Positions 47,206 to 60,027 of a stretch of DNA of 64,000 bases are shown here, one piece after another. Origin of the DNA: Raillietiella orientalis. Its lineage: Eukaryota. The position numbers and the translations under genes are program-made. The stretch is taken from positions 1 to 64,000 of the forward strand of contig JAYWIR010000137.1 in assembly GCA_036172245.1 (NCBI GenBank), in the 5' to 3' direction. Numbering within the stretch: the first letter of the stretch is position 1; each line of letters begins with the position of its first letter. The notes below the pieces were generated by a model. That model was given only the letters and a program-made list of their open reading frames with translations. It had not been told where the DNA came from and did not search any database.

Positions 47206-50188
47206 GGATCCGGCGGAGGGCTGAAGAACGACCGGGCATACCACCACGCTCGTCTTCACTCTAGGTCTCCCGACGTTCGGCGCCTGGCGGAGTATAAAGC
47301 TGGGCCTGAGGGACAGACCTGGCAAGCCGGGTCGCCCAGCCTGCTGGACGCCCAAGGCCAAGAATGCTCAGCTCCGGCGAGAATAAACCGCATCCTGCGG
47401 GACTATTACTCCTCTTTGTACGCGCGCAGAACAACGGAGCGCGCCGTGGCGCAGCGCTTGCTGCCGCAAGGCGCCCCCGCGCTGCAGGAGGAGCAGGCAC
47501 ATGAAATCGCGGAGCCTTTCTCGATGGCGGAGATCGTCTCCGCCATCGGAAAGCTCCGAAAGAGGAAAGCACCAGGGGAAGACGGTTTGCCCGCGGAGTT
47601 CTACCAAGGCTTCGTGGCGGATCTGGCCCCCCTGGTGCATCGGCTATGCATGCTGATCCGAGAACAAGGGGACGTCATCAAATCGTTCCGGTCAGCTAGA
47701 GTACGTCTCCTGACGAAAGGAGGAGACAATCGCAACGTAGGCAACTGGCGTCCCATCACAGTATTGAATGCGGATGCGAAGTTGCTTGCCAAGCTTTGGG
47801 CTGAGCGACTGGGACGGGTGGCGGAATCCGTGGTGAGTCCGGAGCAGACATACGCTGTTCCCGGACGAAGCATGGAGGCCAACCTGTTCCTCGCCAGTAC
47901 ATGGTGGCAGTTGCAACAAAGCGAAGACCAGGGAGGTCAAGAGAATCCTGGATTCTCCTCTAACCGGGAAGGGGAGGCATTTCTTGGAAGAGCCGCGCCC
48001 GGTGCCCTTGCGGTCGCAGTCGATCTGCGTAAAGCGTTCGATTGCGTCGACCAGGAACTGCTTCTGGAGCTCCTGGAACGCTTGGGATTCCCGGCCGTCT
48101 TCCGGGCTTACCTGCGCTCCTGCTGGCGCTTCGCTCTAATCAACATTTGTTTTAGCGGCCGGCACGTGTACGGCGTGCCGGTTCGGCGTGGCATAAGGCA
48201 GGGTGACAGTCTGAGCCCCATGTTCTTCAGTATCTACTTCGAGCTGGTGCTGAGGGCATACAGGGAGACTCTGGCAACCCTGCCAAGCTCGTGTCTTGGC
48301 ACGCCTGCCGTGTCGGCCTACGCCGACGACCTTCTGCTTCTGCTCCCCGGGTCCACCCCGGCGTCGGCGCTCGAAGATTTCTTTGAGTTGCTGCAACGCG
48401 GGACGGGCCTCGAGGTGAACAGAGAGAAATCTTCCATCGTTCCAAAATCACCACAACTTTTCAACAATACGGCGTGGGCCGGACGGCCAACCTGGATCCT
48501 TTTGGGGATCCCCACGGGCAGGTGCTTCAAGTACCTTGGCGTTCCGTTGGGGGACTTCTGCGTTGCAGAAGCCTGGTCCGACCGTCTCCAAAAGGTGGAG
48601 TTGGCGATCGGCCCGTTCCGGAACAGCGAGTTTTACTTGCAGGAGCGGGCCGCAATGTTGAACGAGTTAGCGGCCCCCTTCCTTCGCCCCTTACTTTTTG
48701 TTTGCCTCGCCCCTCCCATCATACAGAGACGGACCGAAGCCATCTTGAGGACTGCCCTTTGGGGCACAGCGAGGTCGGGAGTCCGATTGAAACACTTGTG
48801 CGCTCCACGCAGGGATGGTGGCTTGGGCCTCCTTACGTTGGAGCGCATCCAACTTCAAACAACAATTCGAAAGTTAGCCCTTGCGGCTAGCTAATGGATG
48901 ACGCCATGGTGCGATCCGGCACGGCTCCTCGCCAGAAGAGCGACTTGCTGCGAAGAATTGTCCTCGATCCTCGTGGCCTACCAGCGCAGCCTCTCCAACT
49001 GTGGTCCCGATTTGCGGCAGATGGTCGCCCTGATGAGGGAGAATGCCTGTATCTTCTGCATCCCCGCGAACTGCACTGCCTGGCTTCAGGAGTCAGCTTC
49101 CGCGTGGGCTAAGATCAAGGGCGCGAGCGAGGCGGAATACAACTGCCTACGTCTAGGACCGTACGCTCGACAGCCGCTGCAGGACATTATGAACACGCCC
49201 CGGAAGTTTCTGTGGGCTTCTTTCAGCCGCCTTGCCCCCGTTCTATCCTCCCTGAAAAACAGTAGGAGTAGCAACGAGCTGGAATCGTGGGAAGTGTCCT
49301 GCCTCATCCGAGGCACGAAAAAACCTTTAAAGGCGTGGACCACTCGGGAGATCACGGACGCTGCCACCCTGAGCGTCCCGCCTCACGCACTTGCGCGCTG
49401 GGGAGAGCTGCTCGCAATACCTCCGGAGGAGGTGAAGTGGCCCCCAGCGTGTTAAGATTGCGGCACACTCCCGTTGAAGTGGCAGGAGACGGCGTTGCTA
49501 TTTCTGCACTGGGGACTGTTAAGCAGAGCACGCCTGTCTCACTGGACACTGGGAAATGTGGATGCCCGCTGTGTCGAGTGCGGAGAAAGAGAAACCTTCC
49601 CGCATCTCACCTTCGAGTATGTCGCCCTGGATGGACTCTGGAGTCGAATCTCCCCAATCCTCCATCTTCCAGTAGGCGACCCTAAGGAAATTTACCGTCG
49701 CCTCTTTCTGCGTGACGGCCTGCGCCCCGCTGCGTCTCTAGCAGTCCTCTGCTGCGTGCGTGGCATTGTGCAAAGGTGGCACGCCAGAAGAAGAGGCCCA
49801 AGATGCAGGGACGCCATCCATTGGACGACGATCTCTTTAGAGACGGCGACAAGGTGGCGTCTACCTTTCAGAGTTAAAACAGAACTTGACTGCATCTTGA
49901 ACAGGATGCTGAGGACCGACCCAGGCGCCCAGTGATCCCTTCCTTGCCCCCCCCCTCCCCATACAACTGTTTCCCTCCCCGTTGTCTCTCTTTTTGTTTG
50001 TTTTTGTTCTAGTTTGATCTTCCCATGCGCCTCGGGAATGGACCTAACCGGTTTATGCACCGGCAACAGACACGTCAACCAAAGTGGGCAAACCAAGTGT
50101 TTCCCACAATTAACTTTTGAAAGTCTTTATTATCTAATTTTTGTAAAAAATTAGAATGATAAATGCCCCGGCATATCCGGGTGGCAAA
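47206..50188 (+). mobile_element. Element K, 3' part: RT, zinc finger, 3' end
   Basis: Resumes K at G|GGLKNDRAY; PGEDGLP, DLRKAFD, YADD; terminal motif 50158-50188. Confidence 0.9.
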
Positions 50189-50861
50189 CTTCGGCTGCAG
50201 CCGTGCATACGTGGCCAAGGTCATCGAGCAGATAAGCTGCTTCGGACTGACAAACCTGGCGCTCGGCCCTGGCCTTTTAAACCGCCAGACGCCGGACTTC
50301 CGGGCATCGGGAGAAGGTACGCTCCTGTAGAAAGGATATGCTCTACGCGACACTTTTCCCAAAGCCGCGTGGAAGGAGGTGCAAGGGAAACCGGAAGCAG
50401 AACTCGAGGACCGATCTTTTCAGATCGTTCCAGTCCTCGAATTCACGGATGACGAAGCCTTGGAGGTGCTGGCGAAGATGCTCCCCCGCCTTCGAATTGC
50501 TAAGCCAGTCGGCCGACAACCTCCAGACATTCATCGGAGGCCCTTTTCCAGGCGAGAGGAGCTCGAAATCCAGTCTCAGATGATCCGAAATCTCCGACAG
50601 CAGGCGCCCTCTCCGACCTACTCGTGAGAGCAGGCGTTCTTCGAGGAACGCATGGTCCGGCGATCTCTCCATCTGGGGCTCACCAGCAAGCGAGTTTTGC
50701 ACGCGCACGGACGCGCATACCTCGCTCACCAGTTGCTTCTCCCTCAAGCGGCATCTCTCCTCTGTTAGCAGGTGGACGTTGAAGTCTCCTGCAAGGAGGT
50801 GCGCCACGTTGTGGCCGGAGTCGGCGAGCCAGCGGCTGCGCAGGCCACCCAGGAATGCGAG
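50187..50861 (-). mobile_element. J middle segment, copy 1 (APE C-half and linker)
   Basis: GDFN, SDH; ends at ...AAAEV, which continues as HRAVERFY at 27259. Confidence 0.82.
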
Positions 50862-50867
50862 CTTAGC

Positions 50868-52855
50868 AGTTAGCCCTTGCGGCTAGCTTATGGATGACGC
50901 CATGGTGCGATCCGGCACGGCTCCTCGCCAGAAGAGCGACCGGCTGCGAAGGATTGTCCTCGATCATCGTGGCCTACCAGCGCAGCCTCTCCAACTGTGG
51001 TCCCGATTTGCGCCAGATGGTCGCCCTGATGAGGGAGAATACCTGTATCTCCTGCATCCCCGCGAACTGCACTGCCTGGCTTCAGGAGTCAGCTTCCGCG
51101 TGGGCTAAGATCAACGGCACGAGCGAGGCGGAATACAACTGCCTACGACGAGGACCGTACGCTTGACAGCCGCTGCAGGATATTATCAACACGCCCCGGA
51201 AGTTTCTGCGGGCTTCTTTCAGCCCCCTTGCCCCCGTTCTGTATCCCTGAAAAACAGTAGAAGCAGTAACGAGCTGGCATCGTGGTAAGTGTCCTGCATC
51301 ATCCGAGGCAGGAAAAAACCTTTAAAGGCGTGGAGGACTCGGGAGCTCACGGACGCTGGTACCCCGAGCGTCCCGCCTCACGGACTTGCGCGCTGGGGAG
51401 AGCTGCTCGCAATACCTCCGGTGGAGGTGAAGTGGCATCCAGCGTGTTGGGATTGCGGCACACTTCCGTTGAAGTGGCAGGAGACGGCATTGCTATTTCT
51501 GCACTGGGGACTGTTAAGCAGAGCACGCCTGTCTCACTGGACACTGGGAAATGTGGATGCCCGCTGTGTCGAGTGCGGAGAAAGAGAAACCTTCCCGCAT
51601 CTCACCCTCGAGTGTGTCACCCTGGATGGACTCTGGAATCGAATCGCCCCAATCCTCCATCTTCCAGTAAGCGACCCTAAGGAAATTTACCGTCGCCTCT
51701 TTCTGCGTGACGGCCTGCGCCCTGCTGCGTCTCTAGCAGACCTCTGCTGCGTGCGCGGCATTGTGCAAAGGTGGCACGCCAGAAGAAGAGGCCCAAGATA
51801 CAAGGACGCCATCCACTGGACGACGATCTCTTTAGAGACGGCGACAAGGTGGCGTCTACCTTTCACAATAAAAACTGAACTTGACTGCATCCTCAACAGG
51901 ATGCGGAGGACCGACCCAGGCGCCCAGTGATCCCTTCCCTGCCCCTCCCCTCTCACCATACAACTGTTTCCCTCCCCGTTATCTCTCTTTTTGTTAGTTT
52001 TTGTTTTAGTTTTCCCTTCCCATGCGCTTCGGGAATGGACCTAACCGGTCTATGCACCGGCAACCGACACGTCAACCAAGGTGGGAAAACCAAGTGTTTC
52101 CCACAATTAACTTTGAAAGACTTTATTATCTAATTTTTGTAGAAAATTAGAATAATAAATGCCTTGGCATATCCAGGTGGCAAACTTCGGCTGCAGCCGA
52201 GCATTCCTGGCCAACGACATCGAGCAGACATGCCGCTCCAGACTGCCAAACCAGGCGCTCGGCCCTGTCCTTATACTCCGCCGAACGCCGGACGTCCGGG
52301 CATCGTGAGAAGGTACGCGCCTGCAGATAGGATCTGCTGTTCGCGACACCCTTCCCGGAGTTCCGGGGAAGCAGGTGCAAGGGGAACCGGCAGCAGAACT
52401 CGCGGACTGATCTTTTCAGATCGTCCCAGTCCTCGAGTTCACAGATGACGAAGCACCGGAGGTGTAGGCGGAGATTCTCCGCCGCCTCCGAATTGCTAAG
52501 CCAGTCGGTCGGCAACCTCCAGACATTTATCGGAGGCCCATCAATGCGGGAGAAGCTCGAACTCCAGTCTAGAATGATCCGAAATCGCGGACAGCAGGCG
52601 CCCTCTCCTACCAACTCGTGAGAGCATGTGTTCATCGAGGAACGCATAGTCCGGCGATCTCTTCATCCCGGGCTCACTAGCAAGCAAGTTTTGCACGCGC
52701 ACGGACGCGCATAGCTCGCTCACCATTTGCTTCTCCCTCAAGAGGCATCTCTCCTCTGTTAGCAGGTGGACGTTGAAGTCTACCGCAAGGAGGTGCGCCA
52801 CGTTAAGGCCGGAGTCAGCGAGCCATTGACTGCGCAGGCCACCCAAGAATGCAAG
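50868..52855. repeat. ~2-kb direct duplicate of 48871-50861 (K 3' end plus adjacent J segment)
   Basis: Collinear over the whole length, including the K/J junction. Confidence 0.88.
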
Positions 52856-55261
52856 TCGCTGGGCGTAATGCCGGCCTCCGCTCGGCGCGTAGATGTTCGT
52901 AACGACCAGGTCGATCGATTCGGACCACATGAGGAAAAGTTGGCCCACACGACCTTTCTCGTCGAAACAAACGTTCCGCACCTCCTCCGCCACCCTGCTT
53001 CGGACGAGGAACGCGACTCCGCACGTGTGCGCGGAGCCTCGCCGCCTGTGTAGCGTCCCGCCCGCCCGCTCATCCAGATCCGATGCCTGCCGTACGGAGA
53101 TGCTATGTATCTCCTGCAGCAGCAGCTGATCTAACGCGCGCAAAGCGTTGGCTACCGTCCGCCTTTTGTCAGCATCACGTAGCCCGTTGACACTCCAACC
53201 GGCCACGGTGACGCGACGAGCGGACGCGAATCCACGCATCACTGCTGCGGACATGACGGAGTGCTCCTCGCCCCGTCCGGCGAGAAGTCAGCTGGTAGGA
53301 GAGCGGATTGGGAAGCGGAATCGCTCCCGTTCCATGCCACATCGCGCCCAGCTGAGTCCTGGGAGCCGAGGATCATCGCCTCGGTCTCCGTGCAAGAGCC
53401 GAAACCGCCTCCGGCAACAGGCTCGTGCATTCGCACTTTAGCCCGGCTCGCTGCCGGCTTACCCCGGGATGCGCGCTCCATTTGTTTGCACTTGGACTCC
53501 ACCTCGGAGTCCGAGTGCCGGGCGCTTGATTAACGTTTTGCCATTCTCTTTTTGTTCCGGCAGGTGGAGGCTTGCCCTGCCCGCGCGGAGGTCGTCGCAG
53601 TCGCCAACGCAGCTTCCGGAGCTTTGGCTTCCGCAGCCGCCCTCTCGCGCGAAGCGACGGAGACAGAGCACGCAGCCGTAGTGCGTACCTGGGTACGCAC
53701 GTTCTTCGGCGTGCTTCTCTTTTGCCTCCCACCCACCTTAAGGATGGGGAATATTGAAGGGTCAACCTTCTTCTTCCCCTTTGTGGGCGTCCTGGAGACT
53801 CGAGTCCAGCCCGCGTCGGGGACGCCCTCCTGGGAGGCCGACGCCTCCCTCAATTGTTTGGCCGGAGATGCCGGCTCAGGTTTCGCGCTCGCGGCGAGAG
53901 ACGGCTCCGTCCCCGTTATGCACTGCACCTGCTCCTTAGTTGATGCGGGCGAAACGGCGGTCATTGCCGTCGTCCCACGAGGCGCTATTGCAGCCTTCGC
54001 TGCTGGTGCCTTCGGCGTGGAAGACGTGATCTCCACCGCCGTAGGAGTAGACTGCCGTTCAGAGGCAGCTCCGAGGGTACCCGCGCACGGTTTCCCGTGT
54101 ACTCCGCTGGACGCGCAAGCGGACACGGACGGTTCAGCAGCCTTGATTGAGTGTGTGCCCGCACTCTTAGGCTGCTTCGAAGGTGGCGATTTTCCCCCAG
54201 GGCGACGTGGCATCTTTGCCGTCTGCGCGGTTGTCTGGGATAGTGGCTTTCCTGATGCAACCGCGCCCTTATTCGCGGGACCGCCACTCGAAGATGCCCC
54301 GCCCTTCGCGTCCGATTTCTCCCGTGGCACAACGGGGGATCTTTTCGGCGCGGACGGGGTCGATTGTTGGCGGCTTTTCGCCTGTCGCTTTCTCTTCAGC
54401 TCGGCGCACTCTTTGATGGAGTGGCCGAGCTGTTTACAATAGCGGCAGTTGCGTGGAGGGCACGTCCACGGACGGTGGCCCTCTGCACCGCAAATGCCGC
54501 AAGCCGGTCGCTGACCTGCAAATTTAAGGTGGACGATCGCATCGCCCACCTGCAAGTGCGGAGGCATTTGCCTATTATCCGCCATGGTGACACGCGCCAT
54601 GGCAAGTCCGCTGTGGAGAGATGCAATCCTTTTGATCGGATTGTCTGCTCTCCACAGCGCGTGCACCGTGGCGAATACACTTAGTGCAGCGACGAGCACG
54701 CAATCGGGCGTGTCCACCTGGACGGCGGATAATCGGACCACGAACGACTGGTCCATGGCCGACGGGACGACCTCCTTCCTGCGGATATTTAGCAAGGTGC
54801 GGAGAAGGAGATGGACTAGGGATGCCTCTTTGCAGTGCTCCTCCCAGCTTTCGAGCGCGTTAACCGGCATGACGGCCAGGAGGTCGCCCTCTCGGACCCG
54901 ACGCGCAAAAGCTCGTCCCACAAATTTTCTCCGACCCCGTCGAAGATAGAAGCACTCACCGGATAGCAGAGCGCAGGCTTGTAGCCATGGGCTGCATATG
55001 CCTGCAGCTCTGCTTCGTCGGGCGGTGCTCCGTTGGCTGCCGCCACCTTGACGACGGCGGCGAAGCTTCTCGCCGGTGGCGAGACACAAGAATCAGAGGT
55101 GGACCGGACATCTGGAGTAGAGTCTCTACTGCCAGTAGCAGCCTCCACATCCATCTCTTGCTGCAGGGGCTCCGTGGACATCCCAGTGGACGCACTCGGG
55201 CGCACCACACACAAGAAGACGGAAAGGATTCACGTTCGAGGAGCAACACAGAACACGTCCT
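52182..55261 (-). mobile_element. Element J, 5' part: 5' UTR, ORF1, TGATG junction, APE
   Basis: GGACGTGTTC 55260-55251; CGICGAEGHRPWTC, CRYCKQLGHSIKEC; TGATG 53241-53237; WSVNG, LQEIH. Confidence 0.88.
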
Positions 55262-55817
55262 TGCAGCGTTGTCGTCGAGCGTATTACCGACAGCTGCGAA
55301 AAAGAACTAAACGCTACCGATGACAATCCCTCTGATGACTCTGTCAACAGCGAGGAGAGCGAATCGGCGGCGGCGTCTTTCATCGACACCACCATCGATG
55401 TAGCCTTCGCGCGAGCCTCTGAGGAGCTCGCTGCCTCGTTGCAGCCAGAAACCTCCACGGCAAGCAAAAAGGCCGTTAGGCGTCGGACCTCCCCTCAGGA
55501 GTCCCCCACTTCCGACCCCGAGGTGGAGGCCGGAAGCGAAGCCTCCGTTTGCACGGCACCACGCAAGAAGGCTGGACGTCAGTCCACAAAGCCGAGAAAG
55601 CTCGTCTCTCCCGTCGAAGCGGAAGAGATGGCTTCCGCAAGCGAGGGTGCCATGAGCGTGAGAAACTCGCGGGACCCGTTGCCCGAGAGACTCCCACGCG
55701 CGGACAAGTAGGGGATGTAGGGGAAACAGGCCGGAAAGGTGCTTCAGGTGCCTTAAAAGGCGTAAACCCCCATGGACATGCCGCAGGCGTGATCTCTGCA
55801 GAATAAGTGCAAGAGGT
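55262..55817 (+). mobile_element. Element I, right part: ORF1 C-half plus a short APE remnant
   Basis: Starts with the TSD and aligns with A 1148-1670; then jumps to VISAE (A ~1857-1885). Confidence 0.85.
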
Positions 55818-56435
55818 TTCTCACCCGGTCACGCCGGGGTGTTTATTTCATATAAATACAACATAAAGAAATATATAAAATAAACCGGTTTGGGACCATG
55901 CACCCAACCGACGAAGCACAAGTATCAAGAGTACATTGCTGGCACGCAGGTCAGAATTACACAGAACGGTTTGTGGAAACTGGGAAAACGAACAAACAAA
56001 AACAAAAGAAAAAGAAATCAGCGGGGGACGCGGGGACAAGGATCTTTGAAATCCCTCTGGTTCTCTCCGGGGTAATAGTGATGGCACCGGTATTCTAGCA
56101 GAGCGAGCGGGAAAGGGGTATGGGTGGTCTTCAGGACGTAGTGGTCACCGGATGAAGCCCTTCCTAAAAGTCTGTAAACCGGCGGTGGATGCCGGCGATG
56201 TCCTCTTTCACCTTGTCACGAAGATGAGACCACTTAGTAGAGTTTTTCATGAATTCTGCTGCAAACCGGTGAGCCTCGCTTCGCTGCGCTGACAACTCCA
56301 GGGCGTAGCGGGCCTTCACGATGGCGCGAATGCAACACATGGTTGCGACAATCGCGCCTACCGAAAATCCATTCCTCCTGAAGAAGCGCCGCAGCACATC
56401 AATAGCAGTGCCTCTCTGCGGCAGGATGGCTGAAA
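55818..56435 (-). mobile_element. Element O: LINE 3' end fragment
   Basis: CCIRAIV...AGIHRRF; terminal motif 55846-55818. Confidence 0.8.
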
Positions 56436-56450
56436 TCAGCCTGTTTTTTA

Positions 56451-57440
56451 GCCTGGCTTCGGCGGTCGAGGAGTTCTTCGACCTGCTGCATCGGGGAACC
56501 AGACTTACGGTGAACAGGGCGAAGTCGCCCGTGATGCCAGTTGATGCGACGTGGGCAGAACAGCAGGTCTGGGTCCGTTTAGGGATCACTGCGGTGAAGT
56601 ACTTCTTGCTTCGGTCACGCAGTGGCGCCAAATGGCAAGATAAAACTCTTTACTCCCCCTCCTGTTCGTGAGGTCCAAGCCGCTCGGTGCGTACACCTTG
56701 GTGACGATCACATAAATCGAATCGAGCCACCTGACAGTCAGCTAACCGAGACGACCGTGATCGTCGAACCACACGCCCCGAGCCACGGCCTCGACAACTT
56801 TCCGCAGTAGGGAGAAAACAACGCAACTCTTCCGCTAGCCACAACTATACGATAGCCGCCCTCAGAAGATCCGTTAAATCTCCTGCGCTCCTACAGTGGA
56901 CACGTGTTTTCGTGTCTTCGTCGAGAAAGACGTGGTCCAAGCTGCTGAACATCCCGCTTATTTCTGTCAACAGGTTGCGCGTGCGCATGGCAGCGCCCAA
57001 CTCGTTGATCGAGTTCCCCTGTGCTCCGGGCTGATCTGAGAGCAGGCGGACGTTGAAATCGCCTGCTATCATATGCGCCTTTCGCACGTCCACGTCCACC
57101 AGCCATTCGCGCTTCAAGGTTTCCAGTAACACGTCGCGCTGCTGGTATCCCTGTTTACCGCTAGGAGCGTACACATTGGTGACGATGAGGTCGATCGAAT
57201 CGGACCATCTGAGAATCAGTAGGTCGATCCGTCCGTCGTCCCTAAAGCGCACGCCCTTCACGGGTGCGTTAATGGCTGACTTTAGGAAGAACGCGACCCC
57301 ACAAGTGTTGCGGGCGCCGCATCGCCAGTACAACCGCCCTCCCGCGATCGTTTCTATCTCCTGGGAGTCTTTTGCGGTGATCACGTGGATCACCTGCGAA
57401 AGCACCAGGTCAAAATCTCGCAAGGTGGCGGCTGTATCTC
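56451..57440. mobile_element. Short fragments: RT (+, 56451-56605), APE (-, ~56668-56810), APE (-, ~56905-57440)
   Basis: AVEEFFDLLHRGT (A-like); NVYAP, GDFN, DHVF. Confidence 0.75.
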
Positions 57441-57498
57441 GAAATTTTGTAATTTCAAAATTTTAGTACTCAAAGCCCCGGCTTACCCAGGTGAAAAA
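57441..57498 (+). mobile_element. Element S: isolated 3' tail (V family)
   Basis: CCCCGGCTTACCCAGGTGAAAAA, same tail and flank as 59916-60004. Confidence 0.7.
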
Positions 57499-57814
57499 CC
57501 TTGTATACAAGCGATGGCTTGTATTCAGAGGCCCGATAGGCGGCTTCCTCGCCAATGGCCTTAGCACTGGGGCGGCGACCATTTCACTCCAAGTCTTCGC
57601 CGGCTGCAAAGACGTTCCAGGGACTATTGCCCCATAGCTCTAGGTCTTGTGGTAGGACTTGCCTCTCCCACAACTACATCCATCGCATTGTCCTCTGGCA
57701 CGGCCGCCATCGGACACCGACGACCCACACTTTACACCTGACTACACTAAAAACTCCGGTTGCTTCTCAGACAAGCGCTGGCGGAGCGACCAAAAAAACA
57801 CGTCCACCCACACC
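57497..57814 (-). mobile_element. Element T: 5' UTR and ORF1 start, L/N-type
   Basis: GGACGTGTTTTT 57805-57794; MAAVPED...YKPSLVYKV. Confidence 0.78.
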
Positions 57815-57825
57815 GGCTTTCGGCG

Positions 57826-59070
57826 ATGCCACCCGGATACGCCGGGACGTTTATTAAAAACATTTCGACGGTCAATACAGAACGTGGTACAAGGCCTCAC
57901 TGACGGCCACGCAATACTGGAACTGCCGGGACACCGGAACGCAGCCCGGTGTGGCTCTTCTCGGCAGTGGAGGGGGATGGAAGAGAAAAATGGAATAAAA
58001 TAAAAGAGAAAAACAAACCACAAAAAAAAAGTTTGGAGGGCCGGGAAGGGATCACAGAAAACTGCTGGGAGCGCCCATCCTTTGCAGGATGCCTTCTAGT
58101 TCCATTTTCAATTTTCCTAGATGGGGTAATCGGTTAGCTCTCTGCAGGAAGCGAGAAGCATACTCGGTGACGTCCCTTACGATGCAGTCTTCATCTTTGG
58201 CATCACTCCAGGCCGCCACGATCCCACGAATGCAGCAAAGTGCTGCCAGGCCTGCGGCTGGACTGAGGGCGTCCCGCACGAAGACAAGACTGAAGACACA
58301 TCCAACATTGCCATCATCCGGTATCCGGAGGGCCGTTTTAAAACGATCCCAAAGAATCTCGACGGCAGGGCATTCAACTAACAGGTGAGGGAGCGAATCC
58401 CGCTCCCCACACCTGACACACGCAGGATTTACTCTTACTCGCGTCCAGTGGAAGCGGCGCGCGTTGCAGGGTAGACCCCAATGCAGCCACAGTAGCGCCG
58501 ATTCTTGCCACTTCAGGTGAAGAATCCTGGATCCAAGTAGAACCGGGGGCCACTTCAGGTCATCCAATCGAATGCCGAGCAGCTCGCCCCATCTTCTTAA
58601 TCCACGCGGCTGGAGACTAGGGGTCGTTGCATCTGTCAACTCTCCCATGGTCCAGCCGCACATCATCTCTCTGCCTGCGATACGGCAGCAGACTTGCCAC
58701 CTTGGCTTCCGGCTTTCGTGAAGCGCCCTTTGGAGGAAGGGCATCGCCGTAACAAGGGGTGTGCCTTCCGCCCACTTGCAACTCGTTGGAAATTCAAGAA
58801 TTTCACGGAGAATTCGGCGGGCGTAAAAGCCGACTCGCAGGCAGTTCATCCGGTCTTCGCAGCTCTGGTTCTGCTTGGCCCAGGTGCCAGCAGTCTCCTC
58901 TAGCAAAGCGGAGCAGTTGGCGGGGCCACAAACCATCCAGTTCTCCTTTGCCAGGGTTGCCATGCGGCCGAGCAGTAGACCGCATCTTCGAATCTTCCGG
59001 CCAGGGCACAGAAGAAACGATGCGAGTCCTTCGCAGAGGGACACACGCCTGTCCAGGAGGCGGGCCGGAA
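57826..59070 (-). mobile_element. Element U: ORF2 C-terminus and 3' end, L/N-related
   Basis: RRCGLLLGRMATLAKEN, CVRC..HL..C; terminal motif 57855-57826. Confidence 0.88.
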
Positions 59071-59079
59071 GGCGTGGAC

Positions 59080-59946
59080 GTCCCGGAAACTAGCTGACGC
59101 TAGTACCCCGAGTGTGCCGCCGAACGGAATTGTACGCTGGGGCGCGCTGCTCGGCATACCTCCGAAGGAGGTGAAGTGGCCCCCAGCGTCTTGGGACAAC
59201 GGCACCCTTCACCTGCAGTGGCAGGAGACGGCGTTTCTTCTGCTCTTCTGGGACTTTTAAGCAGAGCACGCCTGTCTCACTGGACATCGGGGAGTATTGA
59301 TGCTAGTTGTGCAGAGTGCGGGGAAAGAGAAACCTTCTCCCACTTAATCATAGAATGCGTTGCCCTCCTCGAGATGTGTAACCGACTCTTGTCGATCCTG
59401 AACATTCCGGTGGGCGACCCAAAACATCTATTGAGACGCCTCCTACGCGAGATGGCTTGTTAGCCTCCGGATGCGTAGCAGTGCTCTGCTGCATACGCGG
59501 TATCCTGCATAAGTGGACCGCGTCAAGGAGAGGAAGAACCAGTCGGAGAGCCATCCACTGGGCAGCGATCTCTTTGGAGAAAGCCTGTTGTTGGCGCCGA
59601 CTTAATATACATTTGCCGGCATTTGTTTGCATCCGAAACCGGATGCAAAGGCCTCCTCACGGCGCACCGTGATTCCCTATCTCCCTTTCCATTCCCCAAA
59701 AACATTACCCTCTACACGTTATTCTTTGTTTCTTTGTTTTATTTTTTGTTTTGCCCGCCCCGGCGCTAGTGAGAAGGAACATATCGGCGTCCGGGTCGGT
59801 AAGGACAAGTGCAACGACACTACGATAAACTTCTGAATGTCCTAAAGAGGAAAATTAACCTTGTTTAAAAATTCAGACCTTATTATGAAATTTTTGTATT
59901 CTCAAAAATTTTAATAATAAAAGTCCCGGCTTACCCTGGTGAAAAA
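59080..59946 (+). mobile_element. Element V: ORF2 C-terminus and 3' end, K-related
   Basis: LLSRARLSHWT, CAECGERETFSHL..C; terminal motif 59916-59946. Confidence 0.82.
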
Positions 59947-60027
59947 CCTTGTATACAAGCGATGGCTTGTATTCACAGGCCCGATAGGCGGCTTCCTCTG
60001 CCAAGGCATCCGCAATAGTTTTTTAGG

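Noticed and set aside
1722..48894. Group II intron, retron or DGR reverse transcriptase (YADD)
   Set aside because: The N-terminal APE domain, upstream CCHC ORF1 and TSDs identify non-LTR retrotransposons.
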